The translations under genes and the position numbers were made by a program. Source: an uncultured Candidatus Binatia bacterium (GTDB lineage Bacteria > Desulfobacterota > Binatia > UBA9968 > JAJDTQ01). From it: a stretch of 64,000 bases of DNA. Below the pieces are notes generated by a model that had not been told where the DNA came from, searched no databases, and saw only the letters and a program-made list of their open reading frames with translations. The stretch covers positions 1,280,001-1,344,000 of the forward strand of contig OZ243916.1 in the NCBI GenBank assembly GCA_965213675.1, given 5' to 3'. Shown here in pieces: positions 35,860 to 45,533 of the stretch. How positions within the stretch are numbered: position 1 is the stretch's first letter; each line of letters opens with the position of its first letter.

Positions 35860-36291
35860 CTACCCTGAGAAAACCACCGCCAACTCGTCGCCATCCCGCA
35901 CCGAACGAAGCTCCTTCAACGAAATCGCGGCGACGATCTCCAGCTTGCCGGCGGGATAGTCCTTGACCTCGGGCACCACCACCGCAATCCGTTCGCGCGG
36001 CCCCGCCTCGGGCGCCCATCCTTCGAGAAATCCCGCGTAGAGGAAGGCATCGCAGAAACCCGGATCGGGCGACGGCAGCACGATGTTGCGGCCGTTCCGC
36101 CGGACCTCCTCCCATCGGAACCCATCGTCTCCGTGAAGCCGCAGGTTCAGCGTTCCCGGGTACGGGTCGAATCCGACCCCCTCTCGAATCGCCTGCCGCA
36201 CCCAGTCGACGCCGAGGAACGCGCCGGCGCGCCCCAGGTCCGAGAACACCACCCCTTTCACCCGAACGTCGCGGGAGCGCGTGGACAACAC
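35860..36291 (-). CDS. ribK: CTP-dependent riboflavin kinase (archaeal type, DUF120)
   Basis: GVVFSDLGRA, GFDPYPGTLNL, LEIVA..SLK.....DGD signature. Confidence 0.8.
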   Translation of the reverse strand: MLSTRSRDVRVKGVVFSDLGRAGAFLGVDWVRQAIREGVGFDPYPGTLNLRLHGDDGFRWEEVRRNGRNIVLPSPDPGFCDAFLYAGFLEGWAPEAGPRERIAVVVPEVKDYPAGKLEIVAAISLKELRSVRDGDELAVVFSG

Positions 36292-36295
36292 CCCT

Positions 36296-37066
36296 CTACT
36301 TCCGGGACAGCGACTGCGCGTTGCCGCCGCGCCGAACCCTGATGATCTCGCCCAGGATTCCCAGGGCGATCTCCTCGGGAGTCTCGGTGGCGATGTCCAG
36401 GCCGATGGGAGCGTACACCCGGGAGATGATCTCCTCGGAGACGTGCTCCTCCTCCTTGAAGCGCTCGAAGCACGCCTTGATGCGCCGTTTGCTGCCGATC
36501 ATGCCGATGTACTTCGCCGGCCGGCCCAGCAGCTCGCGCAGGCACGGCTCGTCGTACTTGTGGCCGCGGGTGATGAGCACGACGTAGGTGGTGGAGGTGA
36601 TGTCCAGATTCTTCACGGTCTCGGCCATGTCCCCCACCACCACCTCGTCGGCCTCGGGAAACCGTTCGCGGTTGGCGAAAAGGATGCGGTCGTCGATGAC
36701 CACCACGTGGTAGTCCATCAGCTTGGCCATCCTGACCAGCGGCACGGCGATGTGTCCGGCGCCCACTACGATGAGCCTGGGCGGCGACGGCATCACCTCG
36801 AAGAAGATGTCCGCCTGCCCGCCCGAGTCGTTCTCCAGCGAGAGCAGTTGGGAGCGCTCCGCCGCGAGCCGCTCGACGGCTTCGCCCACGATCTTCCGCT
36901 CCAGTGCCGGATCGCTCACCGACCCCAGCACGATGCGGCCGTCACGCACGAGGCACTTGGCGCCGCTGTCCAGGCCGTCAACGCCGTCGGACTCCACCAC
37001 GGTGACGAGCACCGCACCCGCGCCCTCACCCTTGATCTTCAGGAGTTCTTCAACCAGTGCGTCCAT
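36296..37066 (-). CDS. xdhC: XdhC-family molybdenum cofactor insertion chaperone with Rossmann domain
   Basis: VGAGHIA, DDR, TRGH, YIGMIGS, APIGLDI, PEEIA. Confidence 0.9.
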   Translation of the reverse strand: MDALVEELLKIKGEGAGAVLVTVVESDGVDGLDSGAKCLVRDGRIVLGSVSDPALERKIVGEAVERLAAERSQLLSLENDSGGQADIFFEVMPSPPRLIVVGAGHIAVPLVRMAKLMDYHVVVIDDRILFANRERFPEADEVVVGDMAETVKNLDITSTTYVVLITRGHKYDEPCLRELLGRPAKYIGMIGSKRRIKACFERFKEEEHVSEEIISRVYAPIGLDIATETPEEIALGILGEIIRVRRGGNAQSLSRK

Positions 37067-37134
37067 GCATCCTTCACCTTCTCACACGCTGTCACACGCC
37101 GGCCCCGGGTCCGGCGCGCGAACTGGCGGCTCCC

Positions 37135-37476
37135 TCACGCGCGCTTCTCGTCGCCGTCTTGTTCCCTCCACCAAGGGTCGATGAATACGTTCATGATGCC
37201 GCCGCACACGGCCGGGCTGTCGGACGAGATCTCGTCCAGCAGGTCCACGCGCACGGTGCGGGGCTTGCGCGTGCGCACCACCTCGATGGCCTCACGCCGC
37301 ACGTCCGCCTCGCCGCAACCGCCGCCGATGGTGCCGAGGATCTCTCCCCAGGCCGTCACCACCATCTTGGCGCCCACTTCGCGCGGCGTCGAGCCCTTGG
37401 TGGACACGATGGTCGCCACCGCCACGGTCTCGCCCTTGTCGAGGAATTCCTTGACCTCGTCGTAGATGTTTTCCAT
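37135..37476 (-). CDS. Stand-alone XdhC/CoxI N-terminal domain protein
   Basis: GSTPREVGAKM, GTIGGGCGE, CGG. Confidence 0.85.
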   Translation of the reverse strand: MENIYDEVKEFLDKGETVAVATIVSTKGSTPREVGAKMVVTAWGEILGTIGGGCGEADVRREAIEVVRTRKPRTVRVDLLDEISSDSPAVCGGIMNVFIDPWWREQDGDEKRA

Positions 37477-37540
37477 CAATGCCTCCCAGACAGAATCCCT
37501 GCGCACCTTGTCGCAGGAGTACGGGAATGGATACGGGCCG

Positions 37541-38761
37541 CTACGCCACCAGCCGGCGCATGGTGTGGCCGAGGTGGACCAGACTGTTGGCGTTGTGGGC
37601 CGACAGGAACAGGTCCAGGTACGGCAGCGCCGCCTGCATGCCTTTGCACAGGGGCTCATAGTTCTCGCTCGCCAGCAGCGGGTTGAGCCAGATCATCTTG
37701 CCGCAGCGCCGCTTGAGGGCCTGCATCTGCCGCTCCAGCACGCCCACGTCGCCCCGGTCCCAGCCGTCGCTGATGATCACCACCACGGTGCGGTGGGTAA
37801 CCATGCTGACCGCGAAATCTCGGTTGAAGATCTCCAGGGAGCGCCCGATGTTGGTGCCGCCGGACCAGCCCAGCACGCTCTTGGAAATCTTCTCCAGGGC
37901 GTTGCCGATGTTCTTGGTGCGGATCAGATGGGTGATGCGGCTCAGGGTGGTGCTGAAGACAAAGGTCTCCACGCCCCACAACTCGTTCTGCAATCCATAC
38001 ATGAACTGGATCAGGAAGCGGCTGTAGCAGTCCATGGAGCCGCTCACGTCGCACAGCAGCACCACCCGGGTCTTCTTGATGCGCCGCTTGCGCGCCACCA
38101 GTTCCACCAGCTCGCCGCCGTACTTGATATTGCGCCGCATGGTGCCGCGGGGGTCGATCTCGTTGCCGCGGCGCGCGCGCTTCTTGCGCCGGCTCACCTG
38201 GGTGGCGATCTTGGAAGCGATGAGCAGGATCGCCTGGGTCACGGCCCGGCTCTCCTCGATGCCCATCTCGCTGAAGTCCTTCTCGTTCAACTGATCGTTG
38301 GGACTGTAGGTGGGCACCAGCAGCGGCTCCGCGTCCGGATCGCCTTCATCCCCCGCGCCCTCCTGCTCGGTGACGGACTCTTCGGTGGCGCCGCTGGCGT
38401 CGTCGGATGGATCCAGCGAATCGTCGGGGCTCTGGGCCGGCACCTCCATGGTTTCCATGGCCGGCTCCATCTCAATGTCGCCCCGCCAGAAGGTCTCGAA
38501 CACCTGGTCGAAGAGCTCGATGTCCTCGTGCTCGTGAAGCAGGTTGGCAGCCAGCGTCCGGTGGAAGTCCGGGCGGTTGCGGATGTCGATGAGCGGCAGG
38601 CAACGGTTGGCGTCGATGACCTGGCTCAGGCCAAGGCGGAAGCCCAGGTCCTTGAGCACCCGGCCGAACATCAACATGTTGGCCAAGGTGCCTTGGCCGC
38701 GCAGGCGCTTGTAGCGCTCCACCGCGCGGGCGATCTCTTCCTCGTTGACTTCTCGCGCCAT
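37541..38761 (-). CDS. coxE: CoxE-like VWA domain protein
   Basis: DVSGSM MIDAS, WSGGTNIG, ISDGWDRG, IWLNPL. Confidence 0.88.
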   Translation of the reverse strand: MAREVNEEEIARAVERYKRLRGQGTLANMLMFGRVLKDLGFRLGLSQVIDANRCLPLIDIRNRPDFHRTLAANLLHEHEDIELFDQVFETFWRGDIEMEPAMETMEVPAQSPDDSLDPSDDASGATEESVTEQEGAGDEGDPDAEPLLVPTYSPNDQLNEKDFSEMGIEESRAVTQAILLIASKIATQVSRRKKRARRGNEIDPRGTMRRNIKYGGELVELVARKRRIKKTRVVLLCDVSGSMDCYSRFLIQFMYGLQNELWGVETFVFSTTLSRITHLIRTKNIGNALEKISKSVLGWSGGTNIGRSLEIFNRDFAVSMVTHRTVVVIISDGWDRGDVGVLERQMQALKRRCGKMIWLNPLLASENYEPLCKGMQAALPYLDLFLSAHNANSLVHLGHTMRRLVA

Positions 38762-38871
38762 GCTGCGGTTTCCTTGCCGGCGGCAACGCCGGCTGCCGTT
38801 TCAGGGCTCCAGAGATTTCGGGGTTCCGGCGATGGGGCAGCCGCCCTCGCCTGTGGGCGCGGGCAGCGCCG

Positions 38872-39804
38872 CTACGCGGTCCCTCCACCCACCACCGTGG
38901 CCGGCTCCTTGAGAATGCGGTCCATGTTCAGCTTGTCGCCGGACATCTCATCCTCCAGGTGGTGCAGGTCCTCGCGGTACTTGAACACGCAACCCACGGT
39001 TTCCTTCACGATCTCCGGGTCCAGCTCCCCGCGATTGAGCAGCAGCAGCGCCGACGCCCAGTCCAGGGTCTCGGCCACTCCGGGCCGCTTGTAGAAGTTC
39101 ATCTGCCGCACCTGCTGCATGAACGCGCAGATCTGCTCAGCCATGAGCTTCTGGATTTCCGGATGCTTGGTCATGATGATCTCGTACTCCTTCTCAAAGG
39201 TCGGGTACTCGATCCAGTGATACAGGCAGCGGCGCTTGAGGGCGTCGTGAATCTCGCGGGTGCGGTTGGAGGTCAGGAACACGTACGGCCGCTTGTCGGC
39301 CCGGATGGTTCCTACCTCGGGAATGCTGATCTGGAAGTCCGACAGGACTTCGAGGAGAAACGCCTCGAACTCCATGTCGGCGCGGTCGATCTCGTCGATG
39401 AGCAGCACCGGAGGCTCTGCGCCGTCCGTTCGGATGGCGTCCAGCAGAGGCCGGCTGATGAGATAATCTTCCGAGAAAATCTCGGTCTCCACCGCCTCGC
39501 GGTTGCCCGTGCCGATCTCCTCCAGCTTGATGCGCAGCATCTGCTTCGGGTAGTTCCACTCGTAGAGCGCGGTGTTGGAGTCCAACCCCTCGTAGCACTG
39601 GAGCCGGATGAGCCGGGTCTGGAGCACGTCCGAGAGCACCTTGGCGATCTCGGTCTTGCCCACGCCCGCCTCCCCTTCCAGCAGGATCGGCTTGCCCAGG
39701 CGCACCGAGAGATAGACCACGGTGGCGAGGCTCCGGTCGCAGATGTACTTGCGCTCGCGCAACGAGTCCCGGATCGAATCGACGGTAATGCTCTCCAGAT
39801 TCAT
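38872..39804 (-). CDS. coxD: CoxD-like MoxR AAA+ ATPase
   Basis: EGEAGVGKT, RLQCYEG, LIDEIDRAD, TSNRTRE, PGVAETLDW. Confidence 0.9.
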   Translation of the reverse strand: MNLESITVDSIRDSLRERKYICDRSLATVVYLSVRLGKPILLEGEAGVGKTEIAKVLSDVLQTRLIRLQCYEGLDSNTALYEWNYPKQMLRIKLEEIGTGNREAVETEIFSEDYLISRPLLDAIRTDGAEPPVLLIDEIDRADMEFEAFLLEVLSDFQISIPEVGTIRADKRPYVFLTSNRTREIHDALKRRCLYHWIEYPTFEKEYEIIMTKHPEIQKLMAEQICAFMQQVRQMNFYKRPGVAETLDWASALLLLNRGELDPEIVKETVGCVFKYREDLHHLEDEMSGDKLNMDRILKEPATVVGGGTA

Positions 39805-39892
39805 GCTTATCCCTTTTCCGCGGACGGCATCGTAAGCTTGCGGTTCGTGCGCAACGCGGCCGCAAGTGCCGCGCCCGACGACCGCGCGATGA

Positions 39893-40225
39893 TTATTTGT
39901 TCTCGGCGAGCTGCCGTTTCCAACCCAAGGTGCGCGCCTTGGCGCCCACGGCTTCCGCCTCCTCGATCATCCCTTTGCGCTGGTAGAAGATGGAGAGACT
40001 CGTGTGCGCCAGCTCATCGTCGGGGCACGCCTCAACCAGGCGCTTGCCCACCTCGATGGCCTCGTCCAGGCGCTCCAGATTGGCGTAGGTCATGGCCAGG
40101 GCGTGCAGCGCGTCGCCGTAACCGGGGTCCTCCGCGAGGGCCTTCCTGTACGCCTCGATGGCTTCGTCCACGCGGTCGTCCACGAACGCTTCCATGCCCT
40201 GGATGTAAAGGTCTTCTTTCGTCAT
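39893..40225 (-). CDS. Tetratricopeptide repeat protein
   Basis: EAIEAYRKALAEDP and EAIEVGKRLVEACP repeats. Confidence 0.8.
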   Translation of the reverse strand: MTKEDLYIQGMEAFVDDRVDEAIEAYRKALAEDPGYGDALHALAMTYANLERLDEAIEVGKRLVEACPDDELAHTSLSIFYQRKGMIEEAEAVGAKARTLGWKRQLAENK

Positions 40226-40308
40226 GGCCCATCACTCGAAGGAATTACTGTGTATTACGAAATCGTGATATTCTCAACCGACCCAAGCCACATGGAGGAC
40301 GCATCATC

Positions 40309-41406
40309 ATGGCCGAAGCCGCAACCCTGGACGAGATCAAGGACCGCATCCGCAAGCGCGTGGGCAAACGCAGCCCCTTCCACCTCATGGACCCGGCCGA
40401 AGCCGAAGGTGCGCTGGCCGAGCTGACCAGCATGGACGCCGACGCCTGGGCCGAAGCATGGAGCAAGCCCGGCGCGCGCTGGGAAAAGACCGCCAGGGAA
40501 GCAGAGGAACAGGGCAACGCCGATGAGGCCAAGGCGGCCTGGTTTCAGGCCGCCGCATGGTACGGCGCCGCGCGCCATCCCTTCCCCAGCTCACCGGGCA
40601 AGCAGGAAGCCTACCGCAAGACCATCGAAAACTATCTGGCCGCCTCCCGCTACTTCGACCCGCCGCTGGAGCGCATCGCCCTGCCCTTGCGCGACAAGGA
40701 GGTGGTGGGCTACCTGCGCCTGCCCGCCCGACGGCCCGCGCCGGTCATCATGCACTGGGGCGGCATCGACAACTGGAAAGAGGACCGCCACAATTTCGTG
40801 GAGTCCATGCTGGCGGAGGACTGGGGCTGCTTCATCATGGACAGCCCCGGCACCGGCGAGTCCCCGGTTCTCGCGTCGGACACCGCCCACGAGGTGTACA
40901 GCACGGCGCTGGACTATCTGGTGTCCCGGCCCGAAGTGGACGCGTCCCGCATCGCCGCCCTGGGCGCCAGCTTCGGCGGCTACTGGTCCACCAAGCTCGC
41001 CCACGTGGAGCCGGAACGGCTGCGCGCCGCGGTCAACTGGGGCGGCGGCATCCACGGCTTCTTCCAGCCCGAATGGCAGCAGCGCTCCCGCAATGCGTCG
41101 TCCTACCTCTTCGACCTCATCGAGGCCCGCGCCAATCTCTTCGGCAAGCGCACCTTCGACGAGCTCTGCGAAGTCATGCCCATCCTCTCTCTCAAGGACC
41201 AGGACCTGCTCGACAACTCCTGCGCCCCCATGCTTCTGGTCAACGGCAAGGACGACCTCCAGGTCCCCATCGAGGACTTCTTCATGCTGCTGGAATGCGG
41301 CAGCCCCAAGGCCATGCGCCTCTTCCCCGGCGGCCACATGGGCGAGTCGCCGGACGTGTTCCCGACGATACTGCGGTGGCTGCACAGGGAACTGGACGGG
41401 GAGTGA
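40309..41406 (+). CDS. Alpha/beta hydrolase (FrsA / dihydroxypseudooxynicotine hydrolase-like)
   Basis: GGIDNWKE, DSPGTGES, GASFGG, NGKDD, GGHMG; GGAGG RBS. Confidence 0.88.
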   Translation: MAEAATLDEIKDRIRKRVGKRSPFHLMDPAEAEGALAELTSMDADAWAEAWSKPGARWEKTAREAEEQGNADEAKAAWFQAAAWYGAARHPFPSSPGKQEAYRKTIENYLAASRYFDPPLERIALPLRDKEVVGYLRLPARRPAPVIMHWGGIDNWKEDRHNFVESMLAEDWGCFIMDSPGTGESPVLASDTAHEVYSTALDYLVSRPEVDASRIAALGASFGGYWSTKLAHVEPERLRAAVNWGGGIHGFFQPEWQQRSRNASSYLFDLIEARANLFGKRTFDELCEVMPILSLKDQDLLDNSCAPMLLVNGKDDLQVPIEDFFMLLECGSPKAMRLFPGGHMGESPDVFPTILRWLHRELDGE

Positions 41407-41435
41407 CCGGGAGGAAGGGCTGACTGGGACGATTG

Positions 41436-41696
41436 ATGGCGGAGGTCACAAAGACGACGCGGTACTTCGAGGAGCAGGTACGGCGCAAGCGCCCTTACAT
41501 TGATCCACGTTGGTGTGTTGAAGTCATCGCCGCACCCATTCGACGTGAAACGCAGGCGGATGGTCGGATACGTTTCTGGGGCGAAGTCACACCCTCGGGA
41601 GAAGCGACAGCGCGTATCCTACGCGTGGTCACACTCGATGATGGCGCGACGATCCACAATGCTTTCTTTGATCGCGGTTTTCGAAAGGAAGAGTGA
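41436..41696 (+). CDS. Small putative toxin paired with a DUF2283 protein
   Basis: Small basic protein ending LRVVTLDDGATIHNAFFDR; overlaps the downstream gene. Confidence 0.6.
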   Translation: MAEVTKTTRYFEEQVRRKRPYIDPRWCVEVIAAPIRRETQADGRIRFWGEVTPSGEATARILRVVTLDDGATIHNAFFDRGFRKEE

Positions 41697-41911
41697 TGAA
41701 ACTACACTACTACTCCGAAACCGACAGCCTGTACGTCGAGCTCAAGGTCGGACCGGGTACAGAAACCCGCGAAGTTGCGGCGGGACTCAACGTCGATCTT
41801 GACGCCAACGGGGACGTCGTCGGCTTCGACATCGACCATGCGTCCAAGCGACTCGATCTTTCCACGTTGGAGACGGAAGCGCTGCCGGTGCGGACCTATC
41901 GGGCTGGTTAA
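41696..41911 (+). CDS. DUF2283-family putative antitoxin
   Basis: YYSETDSLYVEL, DLDANGDVVGFDI. Confidence 0.8.
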   Translation: MKLHYYSETDSLYVELKVGPGTETREVAAGLNVDLDANGDVVGFDIDHASKRLDLSTLETEALPVRTYRAG

Positions 41912-42051
41912 GAACACTCCGAGCTTCCTGTGGCCTCATGCTCCCGGTTGAATAGGAGCTACTTCACTGAAATACAATCGGGCGGCCGCTCGCATCCCCA
42001 CTGCAGGACACGCTGCTACCCCGGCAGAATACGTTTGACCGGAGAACACGC

Positions 42052-42969
42052 ATGCCGATCCCAGACTATCAGTCTCTAATGTTACCTTTGCTGGAGCTAG
42101 CCGCAGACGGGGAAACCCGCCATTGCCGCCAAACATATGACATTCTGGCCCAACGCTTCAACTTAACGGAGGACGAGAAAAGGGAAATCTTGCCGAGTGG
42201 CCGCCAGCCAAGGTTTGTCAACCGAATCAACTGGGCTCGGTCATACCTCACAAATGCCGGCCTACTGGAATCTCCCAAGAGGGGCTACTTTCGCATCACG
42301 GAAAGGGGACGTGAGGTTCTCGCTGGCAAACCCTCCGCGGTCAATATCAAATTTCTTGAACAGTTCGAAGAGTTCAAGAGCTTTCAGCAGCGCCGCCGCC
42401 AGCCCTCATCGCAGGTTGGAGAAACCCCTCCGACTAACGGAGACCAGGAAGACACGCCCGAGGAAACCCTCCAGGATGCGTACCTAGTGCTGCGCAAGAA
42501 TTTGGCGGGCGAGTTGCTTACGGCAGTTCTGGAGTCGCCCCCCTCTTTCTTCGAGCAACTGGTCGTGGATCTACTCCTCCGTATGGGCTACGGCGGTTCA
42601 CGACAGGAAGCCGGGGAGGCGATAGGCCGCTCCGGCGACGAGGGCATAGACGGTATCATCAAAGAGGACCGACTGGGACTGGAAATCATTTACGTACAGG
42701 CCAAACGCTGGGAGAATGTCGTCGGCAGGCCCGACGTCCAGAAATTTGCTGGTGCCCTTCAGGGACAGCGCGCCCGTAAGGGCGTCTTCATCACTACTTC
42801 CACGTATTCTCGTGAGGCAATGGCGTTCGCGGCCAATATCGAAACCAAGATCATTCTGATCGACGGAGACAAACTTGCCGAGCTCATGATCGACCACGGC
42901 GTTGGAGTGACGACCGAGGAAACCTACGAAGTGAAAAGGATCGACTCGGATTACTTTCCGGACGATTGA
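42052..42969 (+). CDS. mrr: Mrr-family type IV restriction endonuclease
   Basis: Mrr N domain (PDYQSLMLPLL, NRINWARSYL), FEQLV, GDEGIDG...VQAKRW, LIDG. Confidence 0.93.
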   Translation: MPIPDYQSLMLPLLELAADGETRHCRQTYDILAQRFNLTEDEKREILPSGRQPRFVNRINWARSYLTNAGLLESPKRGYFRITERGREVLAGKPSAVNIKFLEQFEEFKSFQQRRRQPSSQVGETPPTNGDQEDTPEETLQDAYLVLRKNLAGELLTAVLESPPSFFEQLVVDLLLRMGYGGSRQEAGEAIGRSGDEGIDGIIKEDRLGLEIIYVQAKRWENVVGRPDVQKFAGALQGQRARKGVFITTSTYSREAMAFAANIETKIILIDGDKLAELMIDHGVGVTTEETYEVKRIDSDYFPDD

Positions 42970-43002
42970 GCCTGGATCGGGCACGAGCTGGGCGGCACCC
43001 CT

Positions 43003-43686
43003 CTACCCCACCTTCTCCCGCGCTTCCATCATCTTGTGGACGACGGCCTCGACGTACGCTTCGCCCACGAACGGCGACAGGATGTAGGACTTGAGGGCGT
43101 AGATGGGCTCGCCGTAGCGGGTGCGGCGGTAGCAGGCGGTAGCTGGCTATGGCGGCGAGCGGACCGGTGCCCGCCCGGGTTGTTTCCAGCAAGTACATGC
43201 CGGGGTGGTATTCCCCGGAGTGGTAGAGGTACGGCATCTGTTCCGGGTCCCGCGCGACCCGCTGCAGGTCCGCCCGATCCTCCGCCAGCACCAGGCTGGA
43301 GAGACCAGGCTGGAGAGGTACGGCGCAAAGCCGGTCTTGTGGAAGTCCACGCCCACGGAATCCGCTAGCGCCAGGTGACGGATGCGGCGGCACGCCCCGG
43401 CCAAGGCCCGCAGGATGCGCGGCCGGAAACCCAGAGGGTTGCCGTCGCAATCGTAGTCGTTGAACACCGACCACACCCAGCCGATGACCGCGTCGGCGTG
43501 GATGTGCGGGCGGTAGGCGAGCCTGAACTCGTTCGCCAGCGCGTCCCGCATCGCGGCGATGGCCTGGAGGTCGTCGAGGCCAACGGAATCGGTGGTGCCC
43601 ATGGTGGCGATGATGGCGGCGATCTTCCTGCCCTCCGTCAGGGCCTGTCGGGCAGGGTTTTCGGAGATGAAGGTGTGCCCCTCCAT
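43003..43686 (-). pseudogene. Group II PLP-dependent decarboxylase remnant
   Basis: ATMGTTD, HADAVIGW, DFHKTG; N-terminus missing; frameshift at a 14-bp tandem duplication (43290-43317); later segments lie in other frames. Confidence 0.8.
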
Positions 43687-43747
43687 TCAGTTTACAGCAA
43701 ATCGATAAAGTCGCTATAAACCGGGCAGCCGCAAGGAGCCGACCGCG

Positions 43748-44383
43748 ATGATCACCCTCTACAGCAAGGCAACCTCCAACGGCCGCAAGGCCTCCGTCAT
43801 GCTGGAGGAATCGGGGCTGGACTACACGGTCAGGCCCATGGCCCTGGAGAACATGGAGCAAAAGGAAGACTGGTACCTGGCCATCAACCCCAACGGCCGG
43901 ATCCCCTGCATCGTCGATGACGACGGCCCCGGCGGCGTGTCCGTCACCGTGTTCGAGTCGGGCGCCATCCTCATCTACCTGGCGGACAAGTCGGGACGGC
44001 TCCTGCCGCAAGAGCCGTCTGCCCGCATGGAAGTACTGAACTGGCTCTTCTTCGCCTCCGGCCACATCACCCACACGGGCCTGGGCGTGCACTGGCAGAT
44101 ACGCCGCCGCGACGCCGGCGAAGAGCACGCCCATCTGGGCGTCTGGCAGACGGAGAACAACCGCGTCTACGGCGTGCTGAACCGCGGGCTGGAAGGACGA
44201 GACTTTCTTGCGGGGGATTACTCCATCGCCGACGTGGCCGCCTACCCCTGGATCTACCGCTGGCAGATGCAGGAGATCGACCTCGACCGCTACCCGAACG
44301 TGCGGGAATGGCTGGCCCGGGTCGGCGCCCGGCCGGCGGTGAAGCGGGGGTTGCAGATACCGCCGCGGGATGACGGGCTATAA
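43748..44383 (+). CDS. Glutathione S-transferase (YfcG/YghU-like)
   Basis: TSNGRK, INPNGRIP, FESGAIL.YLA, YSIAD. Confidence 0.92.
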   Translation: MITLYSKATSNGRKASVMLEESGLDYTVRPMALENMEQKEDWYLAINPNGRIPCIVDDDGPGGVSVTVFESGAILIYLADKSGRLLPQEPSARMEVLNWLFFASGHITHTGLGVHWQIRRRDAGEEHAHLGVWQTENNRVYGVLNRGLEGRDFLAGDYSIADVAAYPWIYRWQMQEIDLDRYPNVREWLARVGARPAVKRGLQIPPRDDGL

Positions 44384-44590
44384 CGGCATAGGGTTCTCCA
44401 GCGGAGGCTGGCATGGACGCGAAGGTAGCCTGCCACAAAGCAAGAGATTACATTGCCCCCACCCGAACGCCTCCCGACCACCTCAGGTCTATCGTGAAGC
44501 CTTCGAGTGCTGAAGGATCTCGACCGTCTTGCTCGATTTTCGCTTCGCCATATTTGCGACCTAGCTGGCCTGTCCGTCGGGTTTGTTTGG

Positions 44591-44790
44591 TTACAGATCC
44601 GACTCGTGGATGCTTGCCAATTTCATCAGGTGTCTCTGGAGCCCGGCTTTCAGCGATGTGTCTCCGTGACCCGGCACTGAGATGCGAACGGCAGATCCTG
44701 TCTTCACATAGATGAAATGGCTCCCGTTGATGCGCTTCAACCGTCATCCCTTGGATTCAAGAAGCCTGGAGAACTGCTGGCCGCCCTCAT
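44591..44790 (-). pseudogene. hicA: HicA toxin pseudogene
   Basis: Manual translation QFSRLLESKG*RLKRINGSHFIYVK...RISVPGHG..LKAGL; in-frame TGA at 44744-44746; the ATG overlapping the hicB stop is out of frame. Confidence 0.85.
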
Positions 44791-44990
44791 ACCGCAATCT
44801 CGATGATCCTTGCCTTTCCCGAGACAGGGAGATCACGAACGTCGACGGACAGACAGCCTTCGACGGCTTCGTAGAGATTCGCCAGCAACTCTTCGAATGA
44901 ATCCCCCTGCGTCGCACAACCCGGGATGGAAGGCACTTCCGCCCAATACCCGCCTTCGTCAGCTTGATGGATCACGACTTTCAGCTTCAT
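44787..44990 (-). CDS. hicB: HicB antitoxin
   Basis: [23 protein letters not shown]. Confidence 0.9.
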   Translation of the reverse strand: MKLKVVIHQADEGGYWAEVPSIPGCATQGDSFEELLANLYEAVEGCLSVDVRDLPVSGKARIIEIAV

Positions 44991-45020
44991 GGCGTCCTCG
45001 TTGGTCGATGTTCTCCTCTG

Positions 45021-45230
45021 TCACTGCAATACGATCTTCTCGTTGCGTCTGTTGTGGCCCTCGGGTTCCAATGCATCCCGTGGATTATACCCCGTTATCT
45101 CGACCAGTGCCTCGGCCAAACTTTCGCGCATTTCCTCAAGGGTGCGCTACTGGCAATTGACCCCGGGCACTTCTTCGATCCAGCCGATTCACCATTATCC
45201 GCAAGGCTTCACGACCGCCGTCTATTCCAC
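45021..45230 (-). pseudogene. Second HicB-like gene with four in-frame stops
   Basis: Manual translation VE*TAVVKPCG*W*IGWIEEVPGVNCQ*RTLEEMRESL... Confidence 0.75.
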
Positions 45231-45320
45231 GCCTATTGGCCATTGCACAATATAGTGACGCCTTTCCCTTCTCTTTACCGCCTTCTAAAGGAGAGGCCGG
45301 CATGCTCGGGTGTCACGATA

Positions 45321-45533
45321 TTATGCGGCTCTCAATAATGCCGCCAACTGGTCCTCTTTCACGTATTGAAGCTCGTCGACAAATAGGGCCACACAGTTCC
45401 CGTCCGCCTTGGCCACGGAGCCGACAACCTCGAACAAGTCCTGCAGGTCGCTTTCCAGGTCTCCGTTGTCCGCCAGCCCGGGCTCAGGGTCGACGTCCAG
45501 GCCCACCTCGATGTCCTGATACTTCACTTTCAA
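45321..45533 (-). pseudogene. Internal fragment of an AAA/ATP-binding protein
   Basis: GLADNGDLESDL...LFVDELQYV Walker B region with no Walker A part. Confidence 0.6.

Noticed and set aside
38959-40308. 815-aa ORF as a fusion protein
   Set aside because: The upstream part is antisense to coxD and the TPR gene; a GGAGG-ATG start at 40309 gives a normal-size hydrolase.
44591-45230. Stop-codon recoding (Sec, Pyl or an alternative code) in hicA/hicB
   Set aside because: All three stop types occur, there is also a frameshift, and intact genes in the window end in TGA, TAG and TAA normally.
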